A stretch of DNA of 49,187 nt from a bacterium (GCA_028719205.1 JAQUKH010000020.1:1-49187); one strand, 5' to 3'. Positions 1 to 10,436 are shown, counted from the first letter of the stretch. Program-made: numbers and translations. The notes: generated by a model not told the origin, from the sequence alone.

Positions 1-1885
1 CAAGTATATGGAACTGGTCAGGGTCTTTAAAATGCTGTTCATCTTTCGGGAACACTCCTATCACTCCAACAGTTTTTTCAGAACCTGTAAAAGGCAGATA
101 AATACCGTTAGCACCAGGCAATGTCTCAGTGCTTTTTCCGGCGGGTTTTTTATTTTCATAAACCCATTCTACTACCGCGTAATCATTTGAATTAACATCT
201 ATTTCCTTGATTTTTCCAAAACCTGGAATAAGTTTTTTATTTTCATCCGGTATAAAAATAACTGCCTTACACTGGAAAAATCCTTCGACATGTTTCAATG
301 AAATTGAAAAAAGCTCTGCGGGATAAGAACTCTTTGATAAGTCTCTGCTTATGGCATATAACGCCTGCGTGCGGTCCTCACGGATCCGCATGGCGGCATT
401 TTGCCTCTGCAGCTGACCGGTCAAATGAGCTATGCTGAATCCAACCGTCAGCATTACCGCGAAAGTTATAATATATTGAATATGCGCTACCGCGAAAGTA
501 TAATATGGCGGCACAAAGAAAAAATCAAAAAACATTACGCTTAAAAACGACGCTATAATTGAAACTCTTCGTCCATATCTAAAAGCAAGCCATGTTACTC
601 CCAGAAGATAAAACATTATTAAATTCACGACATTCAGATAGGGATGTAATATTTTATTAATAAGTGTACAAAAAATAACCACGCCAAAAGCCCAGCCGAT
701 ACCTTTCCGGGATATAGGAGGGATCACCATAGGCCTGATTTTTTCCTGTTCCTCTTCTGATTTACTGCTCAATAAATATAGATCGATCTCTCCGCTTTTA
801 CGCGCGATCTTATCGATCACCGAACCAAAAAGAATTTCTTTTAATCTTGGTTTCCCTGGTTTTCCAACTATTATTTTGTTTATATTTTTCGAGAGTGCAT
901 AGGCTATTAAAGTTTCAGCAATATCCTGCCCGCTTAACGTTACTGTCGCAGCACCGAGTTTTTCAGCAAGCCGCATCATCTCAGAAACTCTGTTTTTGCC
1001 TTCCTTGTCTATCAGTGCGGGGGTTTCGACATACGCAACAATCCAATCCACGCCTAGATCTGAGGCGATTCGTTTTCCTGACCTGATCAACCGCACAGCC
1101 TCCGGGCTTGGGCTTATACATACCAGAAATCTATCCTCAATGTTCCATACCTTTGAAATTGAATGTGTTTGTTTAAATGATTGTAGTTTAGAATCCACTC
1201 TATTCGCTGTGTAACGCAAAGCAAGCTGGCGCAACGCGATAAGATTTCCCGGCTTAAAAAAATTTTCCGCCGCCCGTACAGCCTGTTCAGCAAGATATAC
1301 TTTACCTTCTTTAAGCCGCTTCAGGAGTTCTTCAGTAGGAAGATCAACAAGCTCTATATCATCCGCCCTTTCAATAAAAGTATCCGGAACCGTTTCACGA
1401 ACTATTATTCCGGTGATCTGCGTTACTACATCATTTAAGCTTTCACAGTGCTGAACATTTAAAGTTGTATAAACGTCTATACCTTTATCAAGAAGCTCTT
1501 CAATATCCTGCCATCGTTTAATATGCCGTGAACCAACAGCATTTGTATGAGCTAATTCATCAATAATAATGAGCTGGGGATTTCTTTTTAAAGCGGAATC
1601 AATGTCAAATTCAGGCAGTTTAACGTTCTTGTATTCTATGTTTTTCCTGGGCAGGATCTCTAATCCCTCTAAAAGTGCCTCTGTCTCAGCACGTTTGTGT
1701 GTCTCAACGAAACCGATTGCGACATCAACACCTTCTTTTTTCCGATGCCTCGCGGCTTCAAGCATTGTGTAAGTTTTCCCCACACCGGCCATTGCCCCAA
1801 AGAAAATCTTGAGTTTGCCCCTGTTTGTTTCTTCTTCCTTAACTCTCTCCAATATTTTATCCGGATCAGGCCGCTCTATTTCCAT
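1..1885 (-). CDS. kdpD: Sensor histidine kinase KdpD (runs off the left edge)
   Basis: Hand translation from ATG at 1885: MEIERPDPDKILERVKEEETNRGKLKIFFGAMAGVGKTYTMLEAA, the KdpD N-terminal signature; lies directly after kdpC. Absent from the ORF track because no stop codon is in the window. Confidence 0.95.
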   Translation of the reverse strand, partial: MEIERPDPDKILERVKEEETNRGKLKIFFGAMAGVGKTYTMLEAARHRKKEGVDVAIGFVETHKRAETEALLEGLEILPRKNIEYKNVKLPEFDIDSALKRNPQLIIIDELAHTNAVGSRHIKRWQDIEELLDKGIDVYTTLNVQHCESLNDVVTQITGIIVRETVPDTFIERADDIELVDLPTEELLKRLKEGKVYLAEQAVRAAENFFKPGNLIALRQLALRYTANRVDSKLQSFKQTHSISKVWNIEDRFLVCISPSPEAVRLIRSGKRIASDLGVDWIVAYVETPALIDKEGKNRVSEMMRLAEKLGAATVTLSGQDIAETLIAYALSKNINKIIVGKPGKPRLKEILFGSVIDKIARKSGEIDLYLLSSKSEEEQEKIRPMVIPPISRKGIGWAFGVVIFCTLINKILHPYLNVVNLIMFYLLGVTWLAFRYGRRVSIIASFLSVMFFDFFFVPPYYTFAVAHIQYIITFAVMLTVGFSIAHLTGQLQRQNAAMRIREDRTQALYAISRDLSKSSYPAELFSISLKHVEGFFQCKAVIFIPDENKKLIPGFGKIKEIDVNSNDYAVVEWVYENKKPAGKSTETLPGANGIYLPFTGSEKTVGVIGVFPKDEQHFKDPDQFHIL

Positions 1886-1919
1886 AGCTGATATAATACC
1901 TTATTTTAATAATTTTTTG

Positions 1920-2492
1920 TTATTTAAATTCATCCAATTCCAGATTTAATTCCAGCACATTTACAACCGGCTCGCCTATTAATCCCAGTAAACGCCTGCT
2001 AGCGCATTTCATGACGGCATTTTTAATTTCATCAGGTGGCATATTTCTAATCCGTGCTACACGGGGGATCTGGTAGAATGCAGCAGCCAGACTGATATGC
2101 GGATCCAATCCGCTCGCTGAAGATGTAACAAGGTCAACAGGAACAAGATTTATATTCTCAGGATCAGCTTCTTTTAACGCTTTAACACGCGCTTTTACCA
2201 CGTCAATTAACTCGGGATTTAACGGCCCGAAATTTGAACCTCCGGATGACGCGGCATTATACGGCGGCGTTGTCGCTGAAATCCTGCCCCAGAAATATTT
2301 CGGATCGGAAAAGTCCTGTCCGATAAGCCTTGAGCCTATCGGTTTCCCATCTTTGTAAATTATACTCCCGTTTGCCTGCCTGGAAAATAAACCCTGCGCA
2401 ATTCCTGTAACAACAAGGGGATAAATAACGCCTGTGATAATTGTTAAAATTAAGAATATAAAAAAAGCCGGACGAATTTGTTTTGTGAACAT
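1920..2492 (-). CDS. kdpC: K+-transporting ATPase subunit C
   Basis: GSRLIGQDF, YFWGR and VTSSASGLDPHIS motifs; operon position. Confidence 0.97.
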   Translation of the reverse strand: MFTKQIRPAFFIFLILTIITGVIYPLVVTGIAQGLFSRQANGSIIYKDGKPIGSRLIGQDFSDPKYFWGRISATTPPYNAASSGGSNFGPLNPELIDVVKARVKALKEADPENINLVPVDLVTSSASGLDPHISLAAAFYQIPRVARIRNMPPDEIKNAVMKCASRRLLGLIGEPVVNVLELNLELDEFK

Positions 2493-2555
2493 GTTTTCTC
2501 CTAAAAATCCCTCCTGACCTCCCCTATCAGGGAAGAAACAGGAATCCTGATGGGG

Positions 2556-4643
2556 TTAAACCAAATGTAACGCGACCAGAATCATATCAATTACTTTTAT
2601 CCCTATAAATGGTGTAATAATTCCACCTAATCCATATATCAAAAGATTATTTCGAAGCAGTTTACTCGCCGGCATTGGCCTATACGGCACACCTCGCAAC
2701 GCCAGCGGGATAAGAAATATAATAATAAGCGCGTTAAAAATAACCGCTGATAAGATCGCACTCGAGGGTGTAGCAAGTTTCATAATGTTAAGCGCGCCGA
2801 GAACCGGATACGTACCGACAAACGCCGCAGGAATGATCGCAAAATATTTTGAGATATCATTCGCAATACTGAAAGTAGTCAATGATCCTCTTGTCATAAG
2901 AAGCTGTTTCCCAATTTCAACAATTTCAATAAGTTTTGTCGGATTGGAATCGAGGTCCACCATATTTCCTGCCTCTTTCGCGGCCTGGGTTCCCGTGTTC
3001 ATCGCGACAGCGACATCCGCCTGAGCGAGTGCCGGAGCGTCATTGGTTCCGTCTCCTGTCATCGCGACAAGCCTGCCCCCCGCCTGCATATCACGTATAT
3101 ATTTCAACTTTGTTTCAGGTGTAGCCTGCGCGAGAAAGTCATCCATCCCGGCTTCAGCGGCTATTGCCGCGGCTGTCATCGGATTATCGCCTGTGATCAT
3201 TACGGTTTTAATTCCCATCCGGCGAAGTTCTTCAAACCTTTCCTTGATCCCGCCTTTTACAATGTCTTTCAGATGGATAACACCAAGCACATTTTTATGT
3301 TCCGCAACAACAAGAGGAGTTCCGCCGGTTTTTGATATGGATTCAATTGATTTTTTTAGATCTTCAGGGAACGACCCGCCTGATTTTGCAACATAAGCTT
3401 CAACAGCGTCAACTGCTCCTTTTCTGATCGCGCGGCCATCCCCAAAATCCACCCCGCTCATCCGTGTCTGCGCTGTGAAAGGAACAAATTTTATATTTAG
3501 TTCGTGAATTTTGCGGCCACGAATGCCATATTTTTCTTTCGCGAGTATTACAATACTTCTCCCCTCCGGGGTTTCGTCCGATAGGGAAGAGATTTGCGCC
3601 GCGTCCGCTAAAGCTTCAACGGTTACACCTCTGGCAGGTATAAACGCGACTGCCTGACGGTTACCAAACGTTATGGTTCCTGTTTTATCCAGAAGTAAAA
3701 CGTCCACATCCCCTGCGGCTTCAACCGCGCGTCCTGACGTAGCAATAACATTAGCCTGTATCATCCGATCCATACCGGCTATACCGATCGCTGATAACAA
3801 ACCACCGATCGTAGTTGGTATCAGACATACAAGCAACGCGACTAATACTGTAACCGTTATCGGAACACCCTGGCCTGCAGTATTAACACTGTAGATCGAA
3901 AATGGTAAAAGTGTAACGGTTGCTAACAGAAATATTATAGTAAACACCGCGAGTAAAATACTAAGAGCGATCTCATTAGGTGTTTTCTGCCTTTTCGCGC
4001 CTTCTACCATGGCAATCATGTGATCCAGAAAGGTCTCTCCCGGATTCACGCTGATCTTCACAACTATCCAGTCAGAAAGTACCCTCGTTCCTCCTGTAAC
4101 CGCGCTTCTGTCTCCGCCGAATTCCCTTATGACCGGAGCGCTTTCGCCGGTGATCGCGCTTTCATCAACAGACGCGACGCCTTCGACGATTTCACCATCC
4201 ATAGGAATAAAGTCACCTGCCTCAGCTAAAACAACGTCTCCTTTCCTGAGTATAGCAGCGGAAATCAATGAGATCTCACGTTTTATTTTACAACTGCCAT
4301 CAACATAATTTAAAAGCTTTTTTGCTTGTGTGTCTTTCCGGGCTTTCCTTAAACTTTCTGCTTGAGCCCTGCCACGCCCCTCTGCCATGGCCTCCGCGAA
4401 ATTCGCAAAAATAACTGTAAACCACAGCCATAATGAAATCGCTAGGATAAAACCCGCGGGTGCTTCGCCCTTTCCTAAAATAGCCTGAGCGTATAAACCT
4501 GTAGTAAAAATACTTCCGATCAAAACCACAAACATTACCGGATTTTTTATCTGATGTCTCGGATCTAATTTTTTTATAGAATTAACCATTGCAGGACCTA
4601 AGATAGACCAATTGAATAAAGATTCTGATTTATGTGATTTCAT
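2556..4643 (-). CDS. kdpB: K+-transporting P-type ATPase subunit B
   Basis: DKTGT phosphorylation motif, [19 protein letters not shown]. Confidence 0.98.
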   Translation of the reverse strand: MKSHKSESLFNWSILGPAMVNSIKKLDPRHQIKNPVMFVVLIGSIFTTGLYAQAILGKGEAPAGFILAISLWLWFTVIFANFAEAMAEGRGRAQAESLRKARKDTQAKKLLNYVDGSCKIKREISLISAAILRKGDVVLAEAGDFIPMDGEIVEGVASVDESAITGESAPVIREFGGDRSAVTGGTRVLSDWIVVKISVNPGETFLDHMIAMVEGAKRQKTPNEIALSILLAVFTIIFLLATVTLLPFSIYSVNTAGQGVPITVTVLVALLVCLIPTTIGGLLSAIGIAGMDRMIQANVIATSGRAVEAAGDVDVLLLDKTGTITFGNRQAVAFIPARGVTVEALADAAQISSLSDETPEGRSIVILAKEKYGIRGRKIHELNIKFVPFTAQTRMSGVDFGDGRAIRKGAVDAVEAYVAKSGGSFPEDLKKSIESISKTGGTPLVVAEHKNVLGVIHLKDIVKGGIKERFEELRRMGIKTVMITGDNPMTAAAIAAEAGMDDFLAQATPETKLKYIRDMQAGGRLVAMTGDGTNDAPALAQADVAVAMNTGTQAAKEAGNMVDLDSNPTKLIEIVEIGKQLLMTRGSLTTFSIANDISKYFAIIPAAFVGTYPVLGALNIMKLATPSSAILSAVIFNALIIIFLIPLALRGVPYRPMPASKLLRNNLLIYGLGGIITPFIGIKVIDMILVALHLV

Positions 4644-4655
4644 GTATCTCCTAAT

Positions 4656-4716
4656 GTAGGGGCGAACCCATGTGTTCGCCCTTTTATTTGGGCAGACACG
4701 CGGGTCTGCCCCTACA
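4656..4716. repeat. GTAG-type REP doublet (REPIN-like)
   Basis: GTAGGGGCGAAC..GTTCGCCC followed by an inverted GGGCAGAC..GTCTGCCCCTAC between kdpA and kdpB. Confidence 0.75.
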
Positions 4717-4718
4717 AA

Positions 4719-6455
4719 TTACATCATTAAATGTTCCACGATCGGGCCCAACGCCAGAGCCGGGAAAAATGTTAATGCCCCGACAATCAAAACGATCATA
4801 ACCAGAAATACTATAAAAAGAGGCGTATGAGTCGGTAAAGTTCCCTGGCTCACCGGTATTATCTTTTTCTTTGAAAGAGAACCCGCAATCGCGAGTGTGG
4901 GAATAGCCAGCCAATAGCGCGCGAAAAACATTGCTATACCCAAAGTCAGATTATAAAATATTGTATTTACGTTTAATCCGGCAAAAGCGCTTCCATTATT
5001 ATTTCCGGCTGAAGAAAAAGCATATAAAATCTCGCTAAAACCGTGCGGCCCCGGATTTAATATTCCAGCCAGTCCCTGCGGCAAAACAACAGCAATAGCA
5101 GTCCCAAAAAGAACAAGCATGGGAGGAATTAAGATACAAATACTTGCCATTTTCATTTCATAAGCTTCTATTTTTTTGCCCAGAAATTCCGGTGTGCGTC
5201 CGATCATCAGCCCTGATATAAATACTGCCACGATCGCGAACATTATCATTCCATAAAGCCCTGAGCCTACACCGCCAAAAACTACCTCGCCTATTTGTAT
5301 CAGCCACATCGGAATTAATCCTGATAAGGGCATATACGAATCGTGCATAGAATTTACGGAACCATTTGAGGCCGCAGTAGTAGCGGCAGCCCAGATTGAC
5401 GAATTAACAATTCCCAAACGGGCCTCTTTCCCTTCCATATTACCGCCGTTCTGAAAAACAACCGCGCTCTGGTCAACACCAAGATTCAGTATTTTAGGAT
5501 TTCCTTTTTGTTCATACGCAATAATTCCAAGCAAACATGGTACGAAAATAATCATCATTGCCGCTATAAAAGCCCATCCCTGCCGCCTGTCTTTAACCAT
5601 ATATCCAAAAGTGTAACATAAGGCGGCAGCTATCAAAAGTATCGAGAGCATTTCTAAAAAATTTGCCAATGCTGTAGGGTTTTCAAATGGATGAGCGGAA
5701 TTTACATTAAAAAATCCTCCACCATTTGTGCCTAACTGTTTAATCGCGATTTGAGAAGCCGCGGGGCCAAGAGGAATTGTCTGCCCGAAAATATCTTTTC
5801 CATCTTTGTCTTTCGATATTTGAAGCAGAGAAGTCTCAGAATAAGGTTTAAAAGTCTGAACTACGCCTTGTGTCACCAAAATCACAGCAAGAACAAGAGA
5901 AAGCGGGATTAAAATATAGAGCGTGGACCTCACCAGATCCACCCAGAAATTACCGATCGTTTCCACCTGCTTTTGCACAAATCCTCTGATAAGCGCTACA
6001 AGAATAGCCATGCCGGTTGCCGCGGACACAAAGTTTTGTACAGTTAATCCAACCATTTGGGTAAGATAACTTAAAGTTGTTTCTCCGCCATAGGCCTGCC
6101 AATTGGTATTTGTGGCAAAGCTTATTGCCGTATTAAACGACAAATCAAACGGCACTCCAGGCATACGCATGGGGTTTAAAGGAAGATATGCCTGAACACG
6201 CTGTAGAATATAAACAACAAAAATCCCTATTATGTTGAATAACATCATGGCAACGGCATATTCTTTCCACACCATACCTGTTTCAGGATTAACACCGGAA
6301 ATCTTATAAATCCATTTTTCAAATGACGCAAACCACACGTTAATACCGGCAGGTTTTCCTTCGTATATTTTCGCCATGTAAATTCCCAATGGTTTAACGC
6401 ACAAAAGCAGTATCCCTAAATATATAGTTACCTGAACCAAATTATTCCAGTTCAC
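4719..6455 (-). CDS. kdpA: K+-transporting ATPase subunit A
   Basis: NTNWQAYGGE, LGTNGGGFF, NNGSAFAG motifs. Start placed at GTG 6455 behind GGAGG; the longer track ORF overlaps kdpF. Confidence 0.97.
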   Translation of the reverse strand: MNWNNLVQVTIYLGILLLCVKPLGIYMAKIYEGKPAGINVWFASFEKWIYKISGVNPETGMVWKEYAVAMMLFNIIGIFVVYILQRVQAYLPLNPMRMPGVPFDLSFNTAISFATNTNWQAYGGETTLSYLTQMVGLTVQNFVSAATGMAILVALIRGFVQKQVETIGNFWVDLVRSTLYILIPLSLVLAVILVTQGVVQTFKPYSETSLLQISKDKDGKDIFGQTIPLGPAASQIAIKQLGTNGGGFFNVNSAHPFENPTALANFLEMLSILLIAAALCYTFGYMVKDRRQGWAFIAAMMIIFVPCLLGIIAYEQKGNPKILNLGVDQSAVVFQNGGNMEGKEARLGIVNSSIWAAATTAASNGSVNSMHDSYMPLSGLIPMWLIQIGEVVFGGVGSGLYGMIMFAIVAVFISGLMIGRTPEFLGKKIEAYEMKMASICILIPPMLVLFGTAIAVVLPQGLAGILNPGPHGFSEILYAFSSAGNNNGSAFAGLNVNTIFYNLTLGIAMFFARYWLAIPTLAIAGSLSKKKIIPVSQGTLPTHTPLFIVFLVMIVLIVGALTFFPALALGPIVEHLMM

Positions 6456-6469
6456 ACAATCCTCCAGTT

Positions 6470-6559
6470 TTAAAATAATTCCGGTTTTAAAAGCGCTACT
6501 ACAAGATAAATAAGTAAAAGTAACGAAACAATTGCACCAATACAATAAATAGCTGACAT
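6470..6559 (-). CDS. kdpF: KdpF, 29-aa membrane peptide
   Basis: MSAIYCIGAIVSLLLLIYLVVALLKPELF with the typical YL..AL.KPE.F end; AAAGGAA RBS; immediately upstream of kdpA. Confidence 0.9.
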   Translation of the reverse strand: MSAIYCIGAIVSLLLLIYLVVALLKPELF

Positions 6560-6576
6560 AAAATTCCTTTCTGAAA

Positions 6577-6632
6577 TGTAGGGGTTCGATTCATCGAACC
6601 CAAAAAAGGGCTTGATAAATCAAGCCCCTACA
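6577..6632. repeat. GTAG-type REP doublet
   Basis: TGTAGGGGTTCGAT..ATCGAACCC plus inverted GGGCTTGAT..ATCAAGCCCCTACA. Confidence 0.7.
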
Positions 6633-6639
6633 ATAATTA

Positions 6640-6720
6640 TTACACCCTGCCACAAAGCCTAATAAATCCAAATGAAATCGCGGCTAACAAAATTATTACC
6701 CCTATAAACAAAATTTCCAT
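6640..6720 (-). CDS. 26-aa hydrophobic peptide upstream of kdpF
   Basis: MEILFIGVIILLAAISFGFIRLCGRV with AGGGG RBS; single TM; first ORF after the riboswitch terminator. Confidence 0.65.
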   Translation of the reverse strand: MEILFIGVIILLAAISFGFIRLCGRV

Positions 6721-6730
6721 TTTATCCCCT

Positions 6731-6763
6731 AAATAAAATAACCAGAGAATGTATCTCTGGTTA
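6731..6763 (-). terminator. Intrinsic terminator, expression platform of the riboswitch
   Basis: TAACCAGAGA-tacat-TCTCTGGTTA followed by TTTTATTT on the minus strand. Confidence 0.8.
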
Positions 6764-6767
6764 CATC

Positions 6768-6932
6768 TCTATTATACCTACGAGGTTAGCTGTCGGGCTA
6801 AGGTTGAGAACCTTTATCCACCTAAGCTGGATTTGTCCATCTCAGGCGAATATGCGCCCCAAGGATCTTTCGATCGAATCTGGGTCCCCCGTTTTCTTCA
6901 TTATTAAGAATAAAGAAGAAACTCGGCTTTTA
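6768..6932 (-). ncRNA. c-di-AMP (ydaO/yuaA) riboswitch
   Basis: Minus strand has GCCGAG..ACGGGGGACCCA..TTGGGGCGCAT..GCCCGACAGCTAACCTCGTAGG, the conserved segments of this family, upstream of K+ uptake genes. Confidence 0.88.
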
Positions 6933-6974
6933 AAAAAATTCATTTTGGAGTAGTATACTCCAGTATTTATATAT

Positions 6975-7006
6975 ATACAAGTATAAAATCCCATTTTCAG
7001 GTAACC
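6975..7006 (-). promoter_or_regulatory. Putative alternative-sigma promoter, copy 1 (kdp)
   Basis: GGTTACC-N16-TACTTGTAT, about 45 nt upstream of the riboswitch; identical boxes and spacing to 12018-12049 and 15917-15948. Confidence 0.7.
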
Positions 7007-7148
7007 TGTTTTAACTATTAGCATTACTAAAAATTCATTTTGACATAGAATACAATCATATTTATAAAATAGCAAATCTAAAAAACAATTAAAAATCTTC
7101 GGATTGACTTTTTTATGATTTTGTTATATATTACGCGCGGAGTTTAAT

Positions 7149-7517
7149 ATGCTTACTTTTTTAAAAAAATATAAAAAAATATTTATTATAGGAATTGTAT
7201 TTTTTTTCAGCAATGCTTCGGGATTTGACTATGAGGCTTGTTTAAAATCCCAAAGCAATGTAAAAAAAACAGGATGGTCTTTTACAGGCCGAAATGATTC
7301 TCCCCACAATTTAAAACAAATTTCTCAAAATTTTGAGATCGGCATCACCACTTTTGAGATTAAAGAAGCCGCAGAAAGGTTTTACAGATTATTATTAAAG
7401 GATTCCTGTTTTGGTGTTAACTCCATTACAAAAATATATACTTTAATCGATATTTCATCTTCAATAAAACTTAGTTCTATTCCTATTTTCCTCAAGGATT
7501 GTTCCCTTCTTATTTGA
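7149..7517 (+). CDS. Hypothetical protein with signal-peptide-like N-terminus
   Basis: 122-aa ORF with GGAG RBS and basic/hydrophobic N-terminus; no recognised family. Confidence 0.4.
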   Translation: MLTFLKKYKKIFIIGIVFFFSNASGFDYEACLKSQSNVKKTGWSFTGRNDSPHNLKQISQNFEIGITTFEIKEAAERFYRLLLKDSCFGVNSITKIYTLIDISSSIKLSSIPIFLKDCSLLI

Positions 7518-7645
7518 ACATAAATCCTATTCCGCAAAATATTAATAAATTTAAAGTATTACCTTGTTCTAAATACCTTACTAAGATTGAACTCGATTGA
7601 TTATAATTTAAAGTTTTGTATAAATAGCATTATATGGAGGAAAAA

Positions 7646-10045
7646 ATGAGACTGAGACCAAATTCTGTCAAAATTACATCAGGTGCAATATTTTTGCTTA
7701 TGATCAATCTGATACAATCAGCCAGGGCAGGCGAAGCAGACCTGATCTTGCCTGATCTATCTTCTGTCAGTTTCTTCAGCATAAACGGGCATTCTCTTCT
7801 TTTATATGGCATGTCGATATGCGTATTCGGATTTATTTTCGGTTTAATACAATTCCTGGATATTAAAAAAATGAACGTTCATTCTTCAATGAAGGATGTT
7901 TCAGAGCACATTTACGAAACCTGTAAAACATATCTGTTCGAGCAGGGAAAGTTTATCCTGATGCTTGAGATAATAATAGGAGTTGTGCTTTTCCTGTATT
8001 TTAAATTGTTAAAAAATCTTTCTCTCACAAGCGTCAGTATTATCCTTCTTTCAAGCCTTATAGGAATAATGGGCAGCTATTTTATTGCATGGTTTGGAAT
8101 GCGCATAAACACCATGGCAAATTCCGCTACCGCTTTTAAAAGTTTAGAAGGGAAACCTTATCCGGTTTCTTCTATACCATTGAAAGCCGGGATGAGTATC
8201 GGAATGCTACTGGTAAGTGTAGAATTATTTCTGATGCTTTGCATCCTTTTATTTATTAAAGCGGAATACGCGGGGCCCTGTTTTATCGGTTTTGCTATCG
8301 GTGAATCGCTGAGCGCGTCGGTGCTTAGGATAGCCGGCGGTATTTTTACGAAAATCGCCGATGTCGGCTCAGACCTTATGAAAATAGCCTTTAACATAAA
8401 AGAAGATGACGCGCGTAACCCGGGTGTTATCGCGGATTGCGCGGGCGATAACGCGGGCGATTCAGTAGGCCCTACCGCGGACGGTTTTGAAACTTACGGC
8501 GTAACCGGAGTCGCACTGATCACCTTTATTTTAGTCGCTGTTAAAGACCCGATCTTCCAGGTACAACTTCTGGTTTGGATCTTCGTAATGCGTTTGATCA
8601 TGATCATCGCAAGCGGCTTATCCTACTGGATAAACAATATATATAATTCCGCGCGTTATTCCAACGCTAAAGAGATGAATTTTGAACTGCCTTTAACTTC
8701 ACTTGTATGGATCACTTCGATTGTATCCGTTATTATGACGTTTATTTTTTCTTATCTTTTGATCCCAAATCTTGGAGACGGAGAGTTGTGGTGGAAACTG
8801 GCGACGATCATTACCTGCGGTACAATGGCCGGAGCGCTCATCCCTGAACTCGTAAAGGTTTTTACTTCTACTGAATCACAGTATGTAAAGAACATTCTGC
8901 ATTTTTCAAGAAAAGGCGGAAGTTCCCTTAATGTTCTCGCCGGATTAACTGCCGGAAATTTCAGCGCCTACTGGATGGGAATAGCTATTATGCTTTTAAT
9001 GGGCATAGCCTTCGGGGTAAGCGGCGAGAATATGGCAATCTATATTCATAATCCGGCAATATTCGCGTTCGGCCTTGTCGCGTTCGGCTTTTTAGGAATG
9101 GGGCCGGTTACCATAGCGGTTGATTCCTACGGCCCTGTGGCTGATAACGCCCAGTCAATTTTTGAACTTTCCGTTATCGAACATATCCCAAATATCAGTA
9201 AAGAAATTGAAAAAACATATGGTTTCAAGCCTGATTTTGAACTGGCTAAACATAACCTTGAAGCCAATGACGGAGCAGGAAATACATTTAAAGCAACATC
9301 CAAACCGGTACTCATCGGCACCGCGGTTGTAGGCGCTACTACCATGATCTTTTCTATCATCGCCATTCTTACTCAAGGTTTAACGATCAATATGGATAAA
9401 TTATCTATCATATATCCTCCTTTTTTCCTGGGGCTTATTGCCGGAGGATCGGTAATTTATTGGTTTACCGGAGCATCCATGCACGCGGTCACCGCAGGCG
9501 CGTATCACGCAGTATCCTTTATAAAGGATAATATAAAACTTGACGGAGAAAAAGCCTCGGAAGAAGCAAGTAAAAAGGTTGTGGAGATTTGCACTAAATT
9601 CGCGCAAAAAGGTATGATAAATATTTTTCTCGCGATCCTCTTCAGCACACTTGCCTTTGCCTGTGTAAACCCATTCTTCTTTATCGGCTACCTTATCGCC
9701 ATCGCCATATTCGGCCTGTTCCAGGCGATCTTTATGGCAAATGCCGGAGGCGCTTGGGACAACGCTAAAAAAGTAGTGGAAGTTGATCACAAGGACGAGA
9801 AAGGGTCAGACTTTCATGCCGCCACGATCGTAGGTGATACTGTCGGCGACCCTTTTAAAGATACTTGTTCAGTCGCCATTAATCCTTTGATAAAATTCAC
9901 TACTCTTTTTGGTTTACTGGCAGTCGAAATAGCCATTGAGTTAAACCAGACATTAAATTATATTCTTGCGGGAATTTTATTCGTTTTTTCCATGTATTTT
10001 ATTTTACGTTCGTTCGGCGATATGACGATCCATAATATTGAATAA
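7646..10045 (+). CDS. hppA: Membrane-integral cation-pumping pyrophosphatase, divergent K+-independent type
   Basis: GGIFTKIADVGSDL, EDDARN, DSYGPVADNA, GDTVGDPFKD; GNTFKA at the K+-determinant site. Start at 7646 behind GGAGG. Confidence 0.93.
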   Translation: MRLRPNSVKITSGAIFLLMINLIQSARAGEADLILPDLSSVSFFSINGHSLLLYGMSICVFGFIFGLIQFLDIKKMNVHSSMKDVSEHIYETCKTYLFEQGKFILMLEIIIGVVLFLYFKLLKNLSLTSVSIILLSSLIGIMGSYFIAWFGMRINTMANSATAFKSLEGKPYPVSSIPLKAGMSIGMLLVSVELFLMLCILLFIKAEYAGPCFIGFAIGESLSASVLRIAGGIFTKIADVGSDLMKIAFNIKEDDARNPGVIADCAGDNAGDSVGPTADGFETYGVTGVALITFILVAVKDPIFQVQLLVWIFVMRLIMIIASGLSYWINNIYNSARYSNAKEMNFELPLTSLVWITSIVSVIMTFIFSYLLIPNLGDGELWWKLATIITCGTMAGALIPELVKVFTSTESQYVKNILHFSRKGGSSLNVLAGLTAGNFSAYWMGIAIMLLMGIAFGVSGENMAIYIHNPAIFAFGLVAFGFLGMGPVTIAVDSYGPVADNAQSIFELSVIEHIPNISKEIEKTYGFKPDFELAKHNLEANDGAGNTFKATSKPVLIGTAVVGATTMIFSIIAILTQGLTINMDKLSIIYPPFFLGLIAGGSVIYWFTGASMHAVTAGAYHAVSFIKDNIKLDGEKASEEASKKVVEICTKFAQKGMINIFLAILFSTLAFACVNPFFFIGYLIAIAIFGLFQAIFMANAGGAWDNAKKVVEVDHKDEKGSDFHAATIVGDTVGDPFKDTCSVAINPLIKFTTLFGLLAVEIAIELNQTLNYILAGILFVFSMYFILRSFGDMTIHNIE

Positions 10046-10055
10046 TCAAAAACAG

Positions 10056-10092
10056 ATAATCAGGGGCTCCGAAAACGGAGCCCCTGATTATT
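10056..10092. terminator. Bidirectional terminator between hppA and glnK
   Basis: ATAATCAGGGGCTCCG-aaaa-CGGAGCCCCTGATTAT perfect hairpin between convergent genes. Confidence 0.85.
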
Positions 10093-10094
10093 AT

Positions 10095-10436
10095 TTACCC
10101 GATTGCCTCCGGACCTCGTTCATCAGTACGGATACGCACACATTCGTTTAGATCAAGAACAAATATTTTACCGTCACCTGTTTCGCCCGTTTTGGAGCCT
10201 TTGCTGATAGCTTTTATTGTCTTCTCGACAAAATTATCGTTAACAGCGATCTCTAAACGAATTTTTCTTAACAGGTTACCCGTTTCTCTCGCGCTGCGGT
10301 AAACCTCGGTTACACCTTTCTGACGGCCATGCCCTAATACCTCGCTTACCGTGATAAGATTTATGTCGGACTTATATAGTTCTTCTTTTACTTCTTCTAA
10401 TTTATATGGTTGAATTATTGCTATAATTAATTTCAT
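10095..10436 (-). CDS. glnK: PII nitrogen regulator (GlnK-type, amtB-linked)
   Basis: GHGRQKG, TGETGDGKIFV, RIRT motifs; start MKLIIAIIQP behind AAGGAG. Confidence 0.93.
   Translation of the reverse strand: MKLIIAIIQPYKLEEVKEELYKSDINLITVSEVLGHGRQKGVTEVYRSARETGNLLRKIRLEIAVNDNFVEKTIKAISKGSKTGETGDGKIFVLDLNECVRIRTDERGPEAIG

Noticed and set aside
8-1891. Short plus-strand ORFs over 1-1.9 kb, and the many antisense ORFs throughout the track
   Set aside because: They are shadows of well-supported genes on the opposite strand (here kdpD).
6456-6545. N-terminal extension of KdpA in the ORF track
   Set aside because: Overlaps kdpF in another frame; the RBS supports GTG at 6455.
6842-7075. 77-aa minus-strand ORF
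   Set aside because: Overlaps the riboswitch and promoter motif; no recognisable protein features.
10274-10280. Extra GGTTACC occurrences inside coding regions (glnK, APC gene)
   Set aside because: Not followed by TACTTGTAT at the fixed spacing.
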